From: Pseudovirgaria hyperparasitica
Lineage: Eukaryota
NCBI GenBank assembly: GCA_010093815.1
Contig: ML996567.1
DNA length: 64,000 nt
Strand: one strand, 5' to 3'
Shown: piece after piece, positions 25,341 to 39,330 of the stretch
Layout of the letters: each line of letters begins with the position of its first letter
Position numbering within the stretch: the first letter of the stretch is position 1
Position numbers and translations under genes: made by a program
The notes under the pieces: generated by a model
Databases searched by the model: none
What the model saw: only the letters and a program-made list of their open reading frames with translations
Told to the model about the DNA's origin: nothing

Positions 25341-28300
25341 AAGACTACTTTTATAAGCATTCCTTCCCTCCTTAAAAAAAACTTCTATCCCCTAGAAGGA
25401 GATATTAATTCTAGGGAAACGTAAATATTCTTCTCTATTAAAGTCTTATAGAGTAGAAATTACTACTTCTACCCGGGTTTATGTAGCGTCATTAAGGTAT
25501 TCCGTAAGTTATTTATAATAGTTTTCCTTATCGCTACTCTTCTTATTTTCCTCGGTAATTCTTCTAATCGGTAGTTATAAGGGCTCGTTATAACTCTCGT
25601 TACTTATATTTCTTATAAAATATTTCTTTAATCTATAGCTAGGAAACGTCCCTCTAAGCATGGCTCTATTAAGCTCCGCGAGCTTATAAGTATAATTAAA
25701 CACGGACTAGATTCTATATGGCCCCCTCTAATACTACCTTAGCTTCCGCCCTATATCCTTCTATTACTACGAGTCGTATAGGAGGATAATTATATTAACT
25801 AGTAATAACTCTTAACGAAGGTAATAGTCGTTATTCTATACCTCTCTCGATTCCTTACGCGTTCGTATCGTGTGGGTATAGGCCTCCTTAAGATTCTCGG
25901 ATCTTCTCTTAAGTTATCTAGCTCGAAGAGTAAGTAAGTCGGACGTTAATTACACCTCGTCCTAAGGGAGTATTCGGAGCGACTCGAATTCGACTTCGAT
26001 AGGCATAATTAGTTTATAGCTAAGCACGAGGTATATAGTACTATACCCTATACTAGTATATATCGTTATTCTATCTATCTAGACGACCGCATGGAGGTAG
26101 CCGGGCTAGTTCTTAAATCCGCTATTAGTTATCTTCGCGAGAGCATTAGCGAGTAGTATAAAACTTCTCTTAATAATCCTATTTACTTAGGGATTATATA
26201 TAGATATAATCTTCTAATAAATTCTATAGAGTCGGAGGAGCTTCTCTATAGTATCTATATTTTCTCTACTACCGTTATAGGTAATTTTAGGAATAATTCT
26301 ATATCTATAGATCACGTTCTTAAAGAGGAACTTTATAACGACTATAGACGTAGCCACTGTATATGCCTCCGCCTTAGTCTATCCGCTTAGCTATTCTTAT
26401 ATAGATACTACTTTACTATACCCTATAGAAGGTAGTAGCGTTATTATATCTAAGTATATTCTTTACTAAAGAATAGGCGTTATAATATAGTAGAGCCCTT
26501 TATTAAGACCTCCGAGGAGTTTACTTCGTCGTTAACATTCGTTATAGATTTTCACGTGCTATCGTATATCTCTATGTATACCTACCTACTAATACTTATC
26601 CTTAATCCTTCTAAGGGTCTCTTCGCTACCTCTATAATCTATCTTATTATAAGTAGTAGTAATTATATACGCCCTAGTATTCGGATCCTTAATTACTCGT
26701 GTATATTAGCGATACCTATCTCCTCTCCGCTAGAGTATTCGGTTATATATAAGGAACTTTAGGTAGTCGGTTATAAAGGCCTTATACACTCGGTCGGTTA
26801 GGTCGGTTAGCCTCTTAAGTATAGTAAGGTATTTCGTAATCCTCTACTATTTATCGCTATATTCATCTATTAAGGGAGACTTAATAGCGGTATAGTCGAG
26901 TATCCCTATTATATAATCTCTCCCGCTAACGGGCTTAATTAATAACGTCTCTAGCACGTCTATATATAGAGCTATATCTATAAACTCGTCTAGGTTAAAG
27001 ATAGAGACGTCTAGTGGTTCTTCTCCTTCGTATATCCGTAAGATACTATCGGTAACTACGTTACGCTTCCTAGGTATGTACCTAACTATAAAGTTCTATA
27101 GCTAAATCCACGCGAGCTACCTAGTAACGAGCGCCCCTAGTAAGTTAGTTATAGTACGGTTAATTTAAGCGACTAGAGTATTCGTGTCTATTTCTATAAT
27201 AAAGTATATACTATAGAGGTATTACCGGAACTTCTATAACGCGTGGAGGAGAGCTTAGTACTCTAGCTTCACGGTGTCGTAGTTTCTCTTAGCTTTTAAC
27301 TATATTCCTCTATTATACCGCGATAGCTAACGTTTACGATTCTTATTCTCCTATATTAACGTAGCTCCCTACCTAATATTACTAGAGTCTACTACTAGAA
27401 TTATATCTCCCGTATCTATTCTATACCGTAATATTATTAGTGCGGGAGTAGTAGTTAGAGCTATCTTTAGCGCGTCTATCGAGGTCTACTCCTTAGCTAT
27501 CTACTACTAGGCCGATTTATTCTTTAATAGTATAAATAGTAGCGATGCGATAATAGTATACCCGGGGATCTATATCCGGAAATATATATAAACGCTAAGG
27601 AAGGCTCGCACATTCGTCGTGTTTTTATAGGGTTTCTAGTCCCTAATAGTAGTAACCTTTTTATTACTCGGTCGCCTCCCTTTAATATCGTAGACGTATT
27701 CTATAACGTTAGCGGCTTTAATATACTACTAAGTCTTCTTACTACTTAGGGCGTATCCGGCGCGCTCTATATCCGCGAGAACCTTATCCACGTTAATTAA
27801 ATGTTCTAGGATATACCTATGAATTCTAGGTAGAGCCTCCTTAGAGTTATATTTCGTCATAGGTCCTTTAATACCTAAGTTATCTAGGAATAGTAGAGCC
27901 CTCTCCGGGATATATTCTTATATAATAGTTAATATAATCCTAACGAACTAAGCTACTAAATTAGTAGCCCCTTAAGGTAATATTATCCTATATAGTAATT
28001 CTAGGGGCGTTATAAACCCTATTAAGTCTTAGTAATACTCTACTAATAGAATCTAATCGTATTCTAAGAAGAAGTTAGTAAATGTTAAGACGGCTATCCC
28101 CGTAAAGTGCTCCGAGAACTCTTTATATAAGGGCGGCGTGGCCGTATCACGAATGGTGACTTGGTTAATTTCTATTACCGAATTAATTAACCTATAATCT
28201 CGTTCCTTATTAGCTTCCTTCTTCTTTTCTATAAGAAAATAGACGTTTTAATAAGGACTACTATAGGGCTTAAGCCTTCTACTATTAAGACGCTCTTTTA

Positions 28301-29024
28301 GGATTATAAGTACCTTTCTATAAAGGGCTCTAGGAATATTAAAGTTCTTAGTCTACTATACCTTGTATTCTACCGTTCGGATCTCCTACGGAGATGCCAC
28401 CTCTTTATTAAATTTACTAAGGTATAAGAATTCCTATACTAGTACTTCCTCACGATATAATAAGATTATATATAGTAACTTAAGTTCTATAGGACGTAGC
28501 TCTATTCTAATCTTTAGCTAACTTATATATAGAGGCGTTAGACGTGTTCCTAGCGGGATAGTTACCCTTTAAGGCTCTATTAGCCTATTAAACGCGTTAA
28601 GGCCTAGGTAAATGGCTAGAAGAAGTACCTACTATGCGATTACTCGTTCACGCTAGTCTAGATACCCTAATAGATTCCTAGGAACCTTTCGGTAGGCTTT
28701 AGAGTTATCCACGGGGTGTACTTTAACTCCCTTCCTTTTATATATAGTAGCTATACTAAATCCCTTTAATACCCCGGATGAATACCGTCTTTAGAGGCTA
28801 GTAGAGCCTACTATAAGCTATTCTATTATTATACCTTATTTATATATAAAGGTAGCGTACCTTACCGCCGTAACTAGGGCGGCTAAGTCATCTTTTCTTA
28901 ATAACTAAGTAATATTTTTAGGCCGGATTTTCTCGGAAAGCAACTCTATATAACTTATTTCTATATCTATATAAAAATATAGCCTATCCCCTTCGTTAGT
29001 AGATTTACTAGACCCTATTTAGTA

Positions 29025-29063
29025 CGGATTATTAGTTAAGGGTAGCCCTTAACTAATAATCCG
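29025..29063. repeat. Shared palindrome inside C1 pol (between protease and RT)
   Basis: CGGATTATTAGTTAAGGG-TAG-CCCTTAACTAATAATCCG, 18-bp arms. Confidence 0.95.
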
Positions 29064-31745
29064 GCTTAACTCCGGCTTCCGGCGATATACTCCGCTATAT
29101 AGTTAGTCTCTAGCTATAGAGTTACCCTTCTTCTCTAAGACTAGAATATACTTATCTAGACTAGTTTTAAAGGTTATACGTTCTTATCTATATACGGAGT
29201 AGACTATTAAGAGTACTTACCTAGAGGCTAACCTCTATACTATAAGTAAGGCCTATCTAGTATATAGCTCCCCTAGGATAAGATTATAATTAAGTTTACT
29301 ATATACGAATATTAAAGTAGCTATAACGATCCGACCTATACGGATAGAGTATTACTATACTATTCCTATAAATAGAGTACTATACTAAGTAGCGCTAACT
29401 AAACTTAAGTTCTTTATATATAGTAGAAGCGAAGATATCGCTAGCCTAAGACGCCTTATAGCATCTAGTCGAATACTATTTACCTATGCGCCACTATTAA
29501 ATAGTACTATACTAGTCGCCCTTTTAGAACTAACTTCTATAGGGTACCTTAGATACTCGGCTACTAGCCTTACTATCCCTTCCTTAAGCTAATTAATATC
29601 TTATTATATAATGGCCGTCCCTATAGTATAGAGGGGTACTAATACATTAAGTTTATTTATCTTAGGAGCCATAGTATAGTTATTTCTTCCTTTCTTCTCG
29701 GCTCTCTCTTCTTAAGCCTCGTGGACCTCTCTAGCTATAAAGTTAGGGGCGCCCTTCTCGAATACCGCATGATATAAGTCGCTATTAAGGCTTAATAGTT
29801 CGCTAATAGTAATGTTTATAGTTATCTCTAGAACGCGTACTAGCCATGCTTTACTAGCTTCTATACTTAGCCGCTATCCTTTGCGTAGATAGTTATTAAG
29901 CTTAACGCCTTAGATATATATCTTTAACTAGGATTTAGGCTATCCCCTTTATCTATCTTATCCTCTAGCGCCGTTAGCTCTTATTTAGACGTTCTCTAGT
30001 CGCTACTCTTCTTACCGTCCTTCTATTCCTTAATAATTCTTATATACTACCCTTCACGCATTCCGCGGAGATAGGCGATCTTTCTTTCCTTAGTATAATT
30101 AGGTATACTCTTCGTAATCCCCCTTCTAGATATTATAAGTATAGCGGGCTCTTCTAGGGCTATCTCCTTATAGATATATCTATTACTAGCTACGTCGAAG
30201 CGTTCGTGGAATTCTATATATCTATCTTTCTTACTCTTAGGCGACGTGACTTCTTCTTCCGAATCGCTATCTACTAAGGCCTAGTAGGGACCCTTTATAG
30301 GTTTTATACTAATACTATATACCGGTACTCTCTATAAAGCGTTAATATTTACTATAGATATAGAAACCTTCACTCCTCCTCTATACTAGCTTAGACCGTT
30401 TTAAACCGTTACTACGTAGTTCTAGATAGCTTATAGAGTAGCTTATAGCCCTACCGAGGAGGGTAGTAATAGGATTTCTTCTCTATTCGCCCCGAAACGC
30501 CCTTAGAATACTTATACCCCGTTAATATTTAGTAATCCGTCTCTAATGTATCCTACTATCTCCGGACATCTATATATTAGGTAATCTCCTCCGTACGTAA
30601 TATATACGATTAGTCTTCGAGGCCTATTCTAGACTATAACGCCTTCTTAGGAGTCTCGGGTAGAGATGTATTCTCTATTCTATATATAATTCTATAGATA
30701 AACTTACGTTAGTTCTATAGACATGCCTTATACTTAGAGATATACTAAAAGATTTAGCCTTCGCGTCTACTAGTTAATAATAGCTAAAAGTAGCTTAGGT
30801 TCGTACTTCTTAAGGGATAGAAATAAGAGATTAGAGGTAAAGTAGGACTTCATCTTAATTAACGTAAGGTCTAGTTTACTAAATCTCTCTACTATCTTAT
30901 TAAACTTATCCGATTCTAGCGCGATATATACTATGACTAGAGAGGGGTAGTTAAATTTATTAGTTCTTCTTTCTTTATATAACTACTCTTCTAAGCCGGT
31001 CTTCTTACTCCCTATCTTTAATTTATAGTATATGGCTATAGCTAGCTCTTATACGGCTAAGTACTTATTAATACGAGCTAGTTCCTTAAGTACTCTAGCC
31101 TTTCGTGATACGAAGCCATAGATAATTACCTAGTTATAACTATGTACTTCTATCGTAAGTTAATATTTCTCTATAGCCCGAGCCTTAAGACTATTAGGCA
31201 GCCCTTCTAGGAAGAGCTCTATTCGTGAATACGAGCTTAGGCTTTCTTTAGCCGTAAGTTTCTCTATAATAATATAATACTAGGAGTAGTATATAGGGAG
31301 AGAGTAGGATGGGTCTACTTTAACCATTTCCACGTATTTTCGGACAAAGTAGATGGTGCCTTCCTTAAGGGTAGAGTTAAATAGAGAGAATTCCTTTAAT
31401 AATTCTTCACGTAGCGTGGCCTACTACTATTTCTAAAACCTACTTATTCCTTTAATAGTAGGACGGAGATAGTCCTCGTAGTATAACGGTAGGGAGGTTA
31501 TCTTCTTATTAGGCGGAACTTTATAGTTTATATATATATCCTCGTACTTCTAAAGAAAGGCTATAATATTTATTCCTTTAAAGCGCTCGGGGGCTAGGGT
31601 AGATAGAGATACTATCCTTCCTTATCGCGTAAATACTACGAAGAAGTTAAGTATCTCTCTACGAGTTACTAGGTCGTTATTTTAAGCTCCTATCGCACTA
31701 TTACTAGTAGTAGGTATACTAGTAGAGACGCTGGGGGTAAGGTTA

Positions 31746-31770
31746 TTAGTTAAGGAATTACCTTAACTAA
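31746..31770. repeat. Degenerate copy of the shared palindrome in C1 gag
   Basis: TTAGTTAAGG-AATTA-CCTTAACTAA; equivalents at ~51292-51316 and ~53120-53144. Confidence 0.8.
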
Positions 31771-32108
31771 AGGCTGGTCTAATACGTCTACCTATAACAC
31801 CTATCATCCCTTCTCTATATTAACTAATCCCTTTATAAGGTAAACTATTACTATCGTCTTTATCGATATAATAATAATAATAATAATATTATATAACTAG
31901 GTAGAGTAGTACTCTACAGGCCTATGCCTTCTCTAGTCTAAGCCACTATATAAGAAGAAACCCTATAGGGAAAAACTTCCTTATGTCTATAACTACATCT
32001 CGTTAAACCTCTATTTCGTCTTAAGTATACAGCTATAGGGTACGCCTATTAGCCTATAGCCTATATTACCGTTATTTTACCCTTAGGTAGCACGTGTAGG
32101 TACGGAGG

Positions 32109-32139
32109 TTATTAGTCAAGGGCTACCCTTAACTAATAA
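32109..32139. repeat. Shared palindrome in the LINE 3' UTR
   Basis: TTATTAGTCAAGGG-CTA-CCCTTAACTAATAA; retains one unmutated CpA. Confidence 0.93.
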
Positions 32140-32219
32140 TCGGGGTTCTCCCGGGGTTCTTCCGGTATATATCGGGTTGCTACTAGCGTATGCCGGGTCT
32201 CTTCCGGTATATATTTCCG

Positions 32220-35200
32220 GGTCTACTAGTACTAGAGGAGTAGTAGATATATAAGCATCCATCGGGAGACGTCCTTAGGGTACTTATTAAGCTATCATAT
32301 AATATCTAAAGTCTTCATAACGTGGATAAGCTATTACCGTTATATATAGAGGTTAGGGTATATAGCTAGATAGTGGCGTATTATACCTCTCCGGCCGTAC
32401 GCCTTATACTATAGAGACACGTCGGGGACGCCTCTCTTATAGAGGTAGTATAGGAGTCCTATGGCGCCCGTTCGGGCTTAGATGAGTATAGATACTTAGG
32501 CTTTCGTTAGCCCTTTATATATCTATTTACTCGGTTCCTTCTATGGCCCTCGAATCTACTCTAGGTACCTATCCTACTAGGAGATCTAGTGGGCACGGAG
32601 TGCCTCTTTCTACTTATCTTAAGTCCACGACTATATGTTTTTTATAAGTTCTTAAAGGCTCTATTAGTCTAGGAGAGCGTCCGGGTTATCTCGGACTTCT
32701 TATACTACTTAGCTAGAGTCGGCTTCTATTAAGCACCTATACCGTATTCGATTCCGGCCTATATATAGGAGTGCGCGGTAATATATGCTAATTCGTGCAC
32801 GTAGCGCGGCGAAAGTGTATTCTACGTTTTCTATGCGTTCCTATACTTATTATTTAGTGAAGTATACTACCCTCTATATCTAGTAGAAGTTATATATGCT
32901 TATAACGTCTGTCTCGCGTCATAGTAGTACCGTGTTAGTAGCTTTATATACGCCTAATATAAGACGGAGTATACGGTTCTATATGGATTCGAGCTTTATT
33001 TACCTAGTCTATATAAGGGCCGTGTACTAGCACTCGTGTCCGTACGTAAAGGCGGGTCGTGCCATAGATATATATAGCTAGCGTGCCTTATCCCGGGCGG
33101 TTCCCCATATAGAGGCTATAATCCGTCGTATGGCGGCTTCTACCCGGAGGGCCCTAGAGACGGCGTATACTACTTATGGTCCCCATTTAAGCTTGCTATC
33201 TAGTATAACTCCGAGCGCGCGCATGCTTTATACTAGTGGTTCGTTAAATGCGTCGATTTAGGGGCGTTATTCGCCTTCTCTAGTTATCTATTTCCCTTAA
33301 CGATTAATAAAGTATATAAGCTGGTATTTCTCCGGGGCGAACTTTGCTCCGTAGTATTTTATCTACTAGAGGCACCTCTCGTGGTCCTATTCTAGTCTTC
33401 TATATGTTTAGTTAGTATTATTATTAATAGCTAGGAGGTATATGTTATCGGCGTATCCGACTACCTCTATATACTTTATTCCTTAAAGAAGGTCTACCGT
33501 AAAGAAGAGGAATAGGATCGGAGAGATGGTGCTCCCTTATGGGATGCCGCATGCCGTCTCTTTATATTCGCTTTAGTATCTAGGGATATATATCTAAGTT
33601 GTTCTTCCTATGAGGAATGACTATATAAAGCGTATAATCTATTCTAGTATTTATCTTATCCGGAGGTTATAAATAAGTCTTATATGGTTTACCTTGTTAA
33701 ACGCTCCGGCTATATCGAGGGAGAGGAGCGATACTACCCGTCCCTACTTCTATGCGGCCTAGACGACTTCGATAATATATTAGATAGCTATTATTAGGGA
33801 GCTACCTACCTTTACCTTCTAGTTCGGAGGGAGGAGATTATATTCCTATGCCGCGGTACTTATCTTCTTCGCTATTATAGCCTCTAGTATCTTACCTAGG
33901 TAGGAGAGAAGGGCGATTAGTCTCTATCCCTTTAGGGAGTTAGGGCTCTTTCCTAGTTTCGGGAGTATAATAGTATAGGCGACTCGGAAGCACTAGGGGT
34001 GGTACCCCTACGTGACGCATGCTTAGAATATACGAGTAATAAGCGGTAGGGTCGCCTTTATAGTTCTTTTTAGGTATCGATTTAGAATTCCATCTAGTCC
34101 GGGTGCTTTATCATTTGGGAGTATCTTAATAATATTAAGTATATCCTCCTCCGTAACTTCTTCGGGGATGTCTACCGTATATAGGTATTCGGCGTCGTGA
34201 ACGTCTAATAGATCTACTAGTTCCGGGAGAGGGAACATGGCCTCCCGTAGGGCCTTAGTTTTCTTAAGGCTCGTGGAGTATATTCTCCCCTAATGTATTA
34301 GGGGAGGCATGAGTGGCGGGGGTGTCGGAGTGTCTACGCCCTTAGCCTATTTCGCCATGCGCTATAGCCCTATTACGTATCGTGTCTATTAACTAGTAAT
34401 TATATACTACTGTTTACGCCTTTCGTTACGGAGGACTTTATCACGTTATTATATCGCTTCCTTCTATTCTTCCTACGACTCGGGTGTTCTCGTACGGTAT
34501 ACGCGTCTATATAGCCTTTGGGCGTCTTATCTACTTTCCCGTACTTAAGGAATCCCCTTTGCTTCCGGGGGCTGGTATATTCGGTATAGTACGTGTTTAT
34601 TTCTCGCATTCTAGTATGTTTATAGGAGTGTCTATACGGCCTGGTCTATGGCTAGGTTATTAGATACATCGACTGTAGAGAGATCTAAGATCGCCGATTC
34701 CAGGTCCTTTAGGTACTTTTCCTAGTCGGTGTCCTTCTATATCTATCGTCCCCATTATTCATTCGGGGTATACACGTTTATTATAGTTTCTATATATTTA
34801 TAGTTAGAATCCGTCTATACCTAGCCTAGGCGGTAGTATTGGATCCGGTGACTAATGTGCTCCGTAGCGAAGGTGAGATTAAGCGTAGACCCGTCTTCGT
34901 CCTATTTATGTTTTTTCTATATAACTTATTCTATAGGTGTGAGTAGGTATAGGAAGTCGTGGTAGCGGGTACGTAGTTCCCTTACTCTAAGTTCTTCCCT
35001 AACCACGGCTAGGCCTCCCTACCATCGGTGGTAGAGGTTAAAGTCTCCTAGGAGGATGTATTACCCTAGTTCCGTAGTACCCTCGAGTATCTCATCTAGT
35101 ATAAGTACACGTTATTAGTTATATATATTATATATATATAGGGGGCCTATATCTGTTTATAGGTGTAGTGTTATCCTAAGGTTATCGCGCTCGGTATACG

Positions 35201-35440
35201 ACTATAATAAGAGTGGTATTAATCTATAAATGTGGAAGAGGACTCGTCTTTCTAGTCCTAGAGGGTATATAGTGTGGTATCCGGGGTATATGGTTGGTTT
35301 GCTCGTCTAGTAGTATTTATAGGGTTCCTAGATGGCGAGTATTATAGCCCCGGTCTCTTCGAGGAGCGTCGCCTAGTTCTCTCTTTTATATTATACGTTT
35401 ACCTATATAATTCGGAGTATATTCTAGTCCCTTATTAGGT
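32220..35440 (-). pseudogene. LINE ORF2: AP-endonuclease, reverse transcriptase, C-terminal CCHC
   Basis: ILAI[Q]EP ~35322-35342; ILLGDFNL[H]HRW ~35022-35057; DKAPGLDGILN (ORF track 34023-34238); GIP[Q]GSTISPILF ~33511-33549; GYAD[D] ~33444-33458; [C]KA[C]...RH.LA.[C]P ~32356-32408. Confidence 0.92.
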
Positions 35441-35499
35441 ACTAGGGAGTATATATACCTATATACTTATTCCTTAGAGGCGCGACTATCCTCGCGCGG

Positions 35500-37000
35500 C
35501 AGCGGCTTTAACTATGTCTTTTAGTCGTCCCATCGTCTTCGGGATAATCTACTATCCCGCCTAACTACCTTCCGGAGGGGAGGTTGGGGGTGTTATAAAG
35601 GAAGGGCCTAAGGTAGGTATTATATTCTATAACTATCTCGCGTCTCTCGCTTTTATCGTACGAATGTATTCTATGACCTATTTACGTTTTATACACGTTA
35701 ACGACCATAACGGGTGTTTCCCGTCGTAGTTTAAACACTATGCTATATCCCTATTTCTTAGCCCTTCTCCTCGCGGTTTATAAGGGCACTTCTAGGTAGC
35801 GTGGTCCCCACGGCACTATCCGTACTTAGTCTTCTATAAGCACCTTTATATAGTGTGTCCATACCCTTAGTAGTTAAAGCACTATATTATTACCCATGCT
35901 CTATCCCATGGCTCGGCCATAAGGAGCTCTCCTTCTACTAGAAATCCCTCCTATATAATACGTTATGCGAGGGCGGGGTCTCGGAGCTCTATAATTATAG
36001 TAGAGTGTTTTTTCGCCGTCGTCTTAATCGCCTATAGGTTCTTCCACCACGCTTTCACGATCTTAATCCCTAGGTATTTTCGCGTGTTAGATTGTTCTAT
36101 ACGCGTAATATCCTCCGCTCCGATAGCCTATCCCCGTACGGGTACTAAGTATACCTATATCGGGTATGTGGCCGCCCTAATAGAGGCGCCTAGAAAGATA
36201 CTACTAATCGCGTTCGGATCGCGCGAGATAGTCTACTACGCGATATTCGTTATTATAGTAAGTACTACTCCTCCTAGCGTGAGTTTGGTAGCGACGACAT
36301 TTAACTATATTCCCTTTTATTTATTAATCTTACTTACTATGTCCTTTGGGGATGCTCGCTAGACCTATGCTAGGGTGTCCTTATCCTAGATTACGACGTA
36401 TATACTATACGCCGCGTCGCTAGTCCGGGGGGCCCGTGGTATAGCTTCCGGTATTACTACTATTTATACCCATGTGCTAGGGCGCTTACCTTAAGTGAGT
36501 TCCTCCTGGATTCTACGTAGGCTAGCCTCTATTTGGTTGAGCCTACCCTCCGGTCCTCCTAGTTATATCTTCTTCTCCTCCTCTATAATTCCCCTTAGGT
36601 TCCGGATAAGGTTCTAGAATATATATAGGAGGGTCTTCTAGCTCTCTCCGGCTTCCTTCTCTACACGTACTACCTAGTAGTCGATGCGATCTAGGAGGGT
36701 TTCCCCTCTCGGGGTCCCCTTTATTCCGCCTATCTATAGCGGCGTGCGCCTTTGGGTGTGTTCTACGTTTTAGATAGGTGTATAGCTACCCTTAGTAATG
36801 TTACTATATAGCCTTTTCTATCGTACCGGTGGGGGTATATCCGGTATATACCGGGGTATGTCGGTGCCTAAGGCCGCTATATTTATTAGTTAAGGGCTGC
36901 CCTTAACTAATAAAAGGGGGTCGGCGTGTCGGCGTTCTAGTAGCGTAGTCCGTGCCTCTATCTCCGTGAGGATTTTAAGAGGGTGTATATATATCTTTGC
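35500..37000 (-). pseudogene. LINE ORF1 (gag-like, zinc knuckles)
   Basis: [Q]CFN[C][Q]GYGH....C followed by [C]G[Q]CRGDH at ~35800-35885. Ends are approximate. Confidence 0.82.
36882..36914. repeat. Shared palindrome in the LINE 5' region
   Basis: TTTATTAGTTAAGGG-CTG-CCCTTAACTAATAAA. Confidence 0.95.
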
Positions 37001-37577
37001 ACGGCGATAACGTCTTGGTTTCGACGCTACACGTACGTGCGTATAGTAGTAGTTGGTATACTCGGTGTGCTCTATTAATTGAGGTATGTATCTCGCTATA
37101 TTACCCCGAATGGACCAAGTTAGCCTCTTAGGGATGTAAAAGAAGTTTTTTCTACTATGTCTTTATCGATATAAGGTTCATAGTATTCTACTTATATTAT
37201 TATCTTCGTATAAGGCGTTTCTAAAGTAGTATACTTATATAGCCGTGTTTATAAATAATAGCTATAGTAGTACTAAATAGATTATATTTATCGTTTTTAA
37301 ACTCTTCTTTACTACTTTATCTAGCCCTATTTTATATTCTATTCCCCTAAGACATTTTCGAGTCGCGCTATCACCCGTATTAGTATACGTATACTTTTTA
37401 CAGCTACTTTTAAGAGGCTAGCCCCTAGCGACTCTAGACTCCCTATTTTCTAGACTCGTAGCTTCGATCTAGTAAGTCTAGACTACCTTATTAGACACGC
37501 TATATACTTCCTCTAAGCTAGTTTCGGAGTCCTAATCTCCCCCTATAAGTTCGTAGTCCGGGTACGACCTCTAAAAT

Positions 37578-37949
37578 TATAGTAAGCTATCGCTACGTGT
37601 GTCCCTTTTATAAATGGCTATGTTTCTAGTATAGTAGTCGCGACGAACTTATAAGTATCTCTTCTAGGTATTATAAGTTCTCTTTAAACGCACGACTTCT
37701 TATTAGTTCTCTTTTATGATAGGACGGGTCTATATAATACTCTTAATTAATTCTTCAATAGCTAAGTCTAATAATTAATACCCATAGAGACCTATAAACG
37801 TAAGAAAAGGTCGAATAGTCGAATATTAGTGATGGGGGAAGCGCGCCGAGTAGAATGACCAAGGAAAACGCCCTCCTTAAATATACAATGAAGCCATGTA
37901 ATCGAGCTAGGGACACATACATGTAGGGCTGTAGGAGCGGCCTTCCACA
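37578..37949 (-). repeat. 5' LTR of C1
   Basis: Ends ...CCTTCCACA on the plus strand, followed by TSD ATAG. Confidence 0.95.
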
Positions 37950-37953
37950 ATAG

Positions 37954-39330
37954 ATATCTAATACTAGTCCTATTTCTAAGCCTATCTCCTTCTCTCGCAA
38001 GACTCGCTCTAAAGGGATTACCTCTACCCCGGCTATACCGGCTAAAAAATCCACTTATTATAGTAGTATAAAGGCGCGCTCTAAGTTAGAGAAGAAGATA
38101 GCTAAGACTACTACTACTATTACTACTAACGTGGCTACTAGTCGCTCTAATCTAGGTAATTCTAGTACTAGTATTACGGAAGAGGTAGCTATAAAGCCTA
38201 CCTACATCTACTCGCGCCGCCTATCTACTCTACCTCCTTTAGAGAATAAAGAAGATCTTATTATAGATAATAATTAAGAGTTTACGCCTTCGCCGCCTCG
38301 CTCTAAACGCCGTTCCTCTTTTCGGTCTAATATAGACTAACTTAGTTACTCTAGGTCCTTTTAGGACCTTAATATTCACTCTAAACCTAGCTCTAGTAAT
38401 AATAAGGCCTAGGTCGCTAAAGATACTAAACGTGGTCGCGGTTTATGCTATAGGAAAACGGCGAACTACGGTTTAATATACTTTAAGTATATTAAGGCTT
38501 ATACTACTGGCTCTAAATATCTCTTCCGCTCTAACTCTAGTATTAGCTACTACTCTACTAACCGCGATAGGCCTATATACCTAATCTTTAAGCTCCCTAC
38601 CCGCTACCGCCACTATACCATCCTTAGTAAAGTTTATCTTTAGATAAGTCTATTAGGCTATTTTAGTCTAGGGTAATCTAAAGTTATCTATACTAATACG
38701 TTTTTAGGTTTCTATTTATATATAAGATATATATAACGATCTTCGCGTCCGTGACTCTTGGTAGTTCTAGTAGTTATCTAGCTTCTATACGTAGAGAGTT
38801 TAGAGAGCGCTATAAGCTCTTTCTAGAGGGTATTAAAGTATAAGTTTAGAAACTATTAATTATTATTAACCTTAGCTTATAATTTTTAGTCGCCGTGAGA
38901 TTTCTAGCGCTTAGGCTACCTATTCTAGAGAGTTAGTTTTAGCTACTAAGGCCGTAGAAGAGATTCGTGCTATTCCTTCCCGCCTACCTTATACTACTAA
39001 TAGGTCTTATAAGAGATCTACTAGTTCTCCTTCTAAGTTACCTTATAAGAGGGTATATATTCTATTCTAGATTATTCTAGACCGTGTTAGCTAACTTTAG
39101 GTCTAGTCGCTCCGCTCTAGCGCTTAGTTATCGTCTTACTAGGCTCTAACTAAGCGCGTAGTTACTCTAGAGAATAAGGTCTCTAACCTCCGTCGCTCTA
39201 TTACTCGGTTAGTTTATTCGCTATACTCTAAGAGTAATAATAAGATAGAGGAGTAGCTCTATGGCTCTATTTACTAGGGTTTCTATATAGTATGTATTAG
39301 CTCTATCTACCTGGTTTCTATCTATTTTAG
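37954..39330 (+). pseudogene. Antisense ORF in the 3' region of element D, Cys-rich, probably spliced
   Basis: Frame reads KARSKLEKKIAK... [C]FK[C]IKA...K[C]... R[C]RH[C]TIL.KV[C]L[Q], then an intron-like [G]TAAGT...CTAAT...TAG at 38644-38707. Confidence 0.5.

Larger units (their letters stand above)
31872..37158 (-). mobile_element. Full-length Tad1-like non-LTR retrotransposon (LINE), RIP-degenerate
   Basis: 16-bp TSD GTCTTTATCGATATAA (31856-31871 / 37159-37174); (TTA)n 3' tail; the empty site is visible in C2 (~51400-51420) and C3 (~53016-53036). Confidence 0.93.
25509..37503 (-). pseudogene. gag-pol of C1, interrupted by the LINE at 31872-37158
   Basis: VLF[D]SGA ~29488-29508; FLD[D]LGIKGP ~27861-27890; RNVV[A]D[G]I ~27045-27068; integrase core ~26000-26450. 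Confidence 0.9.
21208..37949 (-). mobile_element. Family C Ty3/Gypsy retrotransposon, copy C1 (non-chromodomain, Ylt1-like), containing a LINE insertion
   Basis: 372-bp LTRs 21208-21579 and 37578-37949; 4-bp TSD ATAG; minus-strand tract GGCCGGGGAGGTA; colinear with C2 and C3. Confidence 0.95.

Noticed and set aside
37755..38054. 99-aa minus-strand ORF
   Set aside because: It straddles the junction of the C1 LTR and element D, so it is a chance frame.
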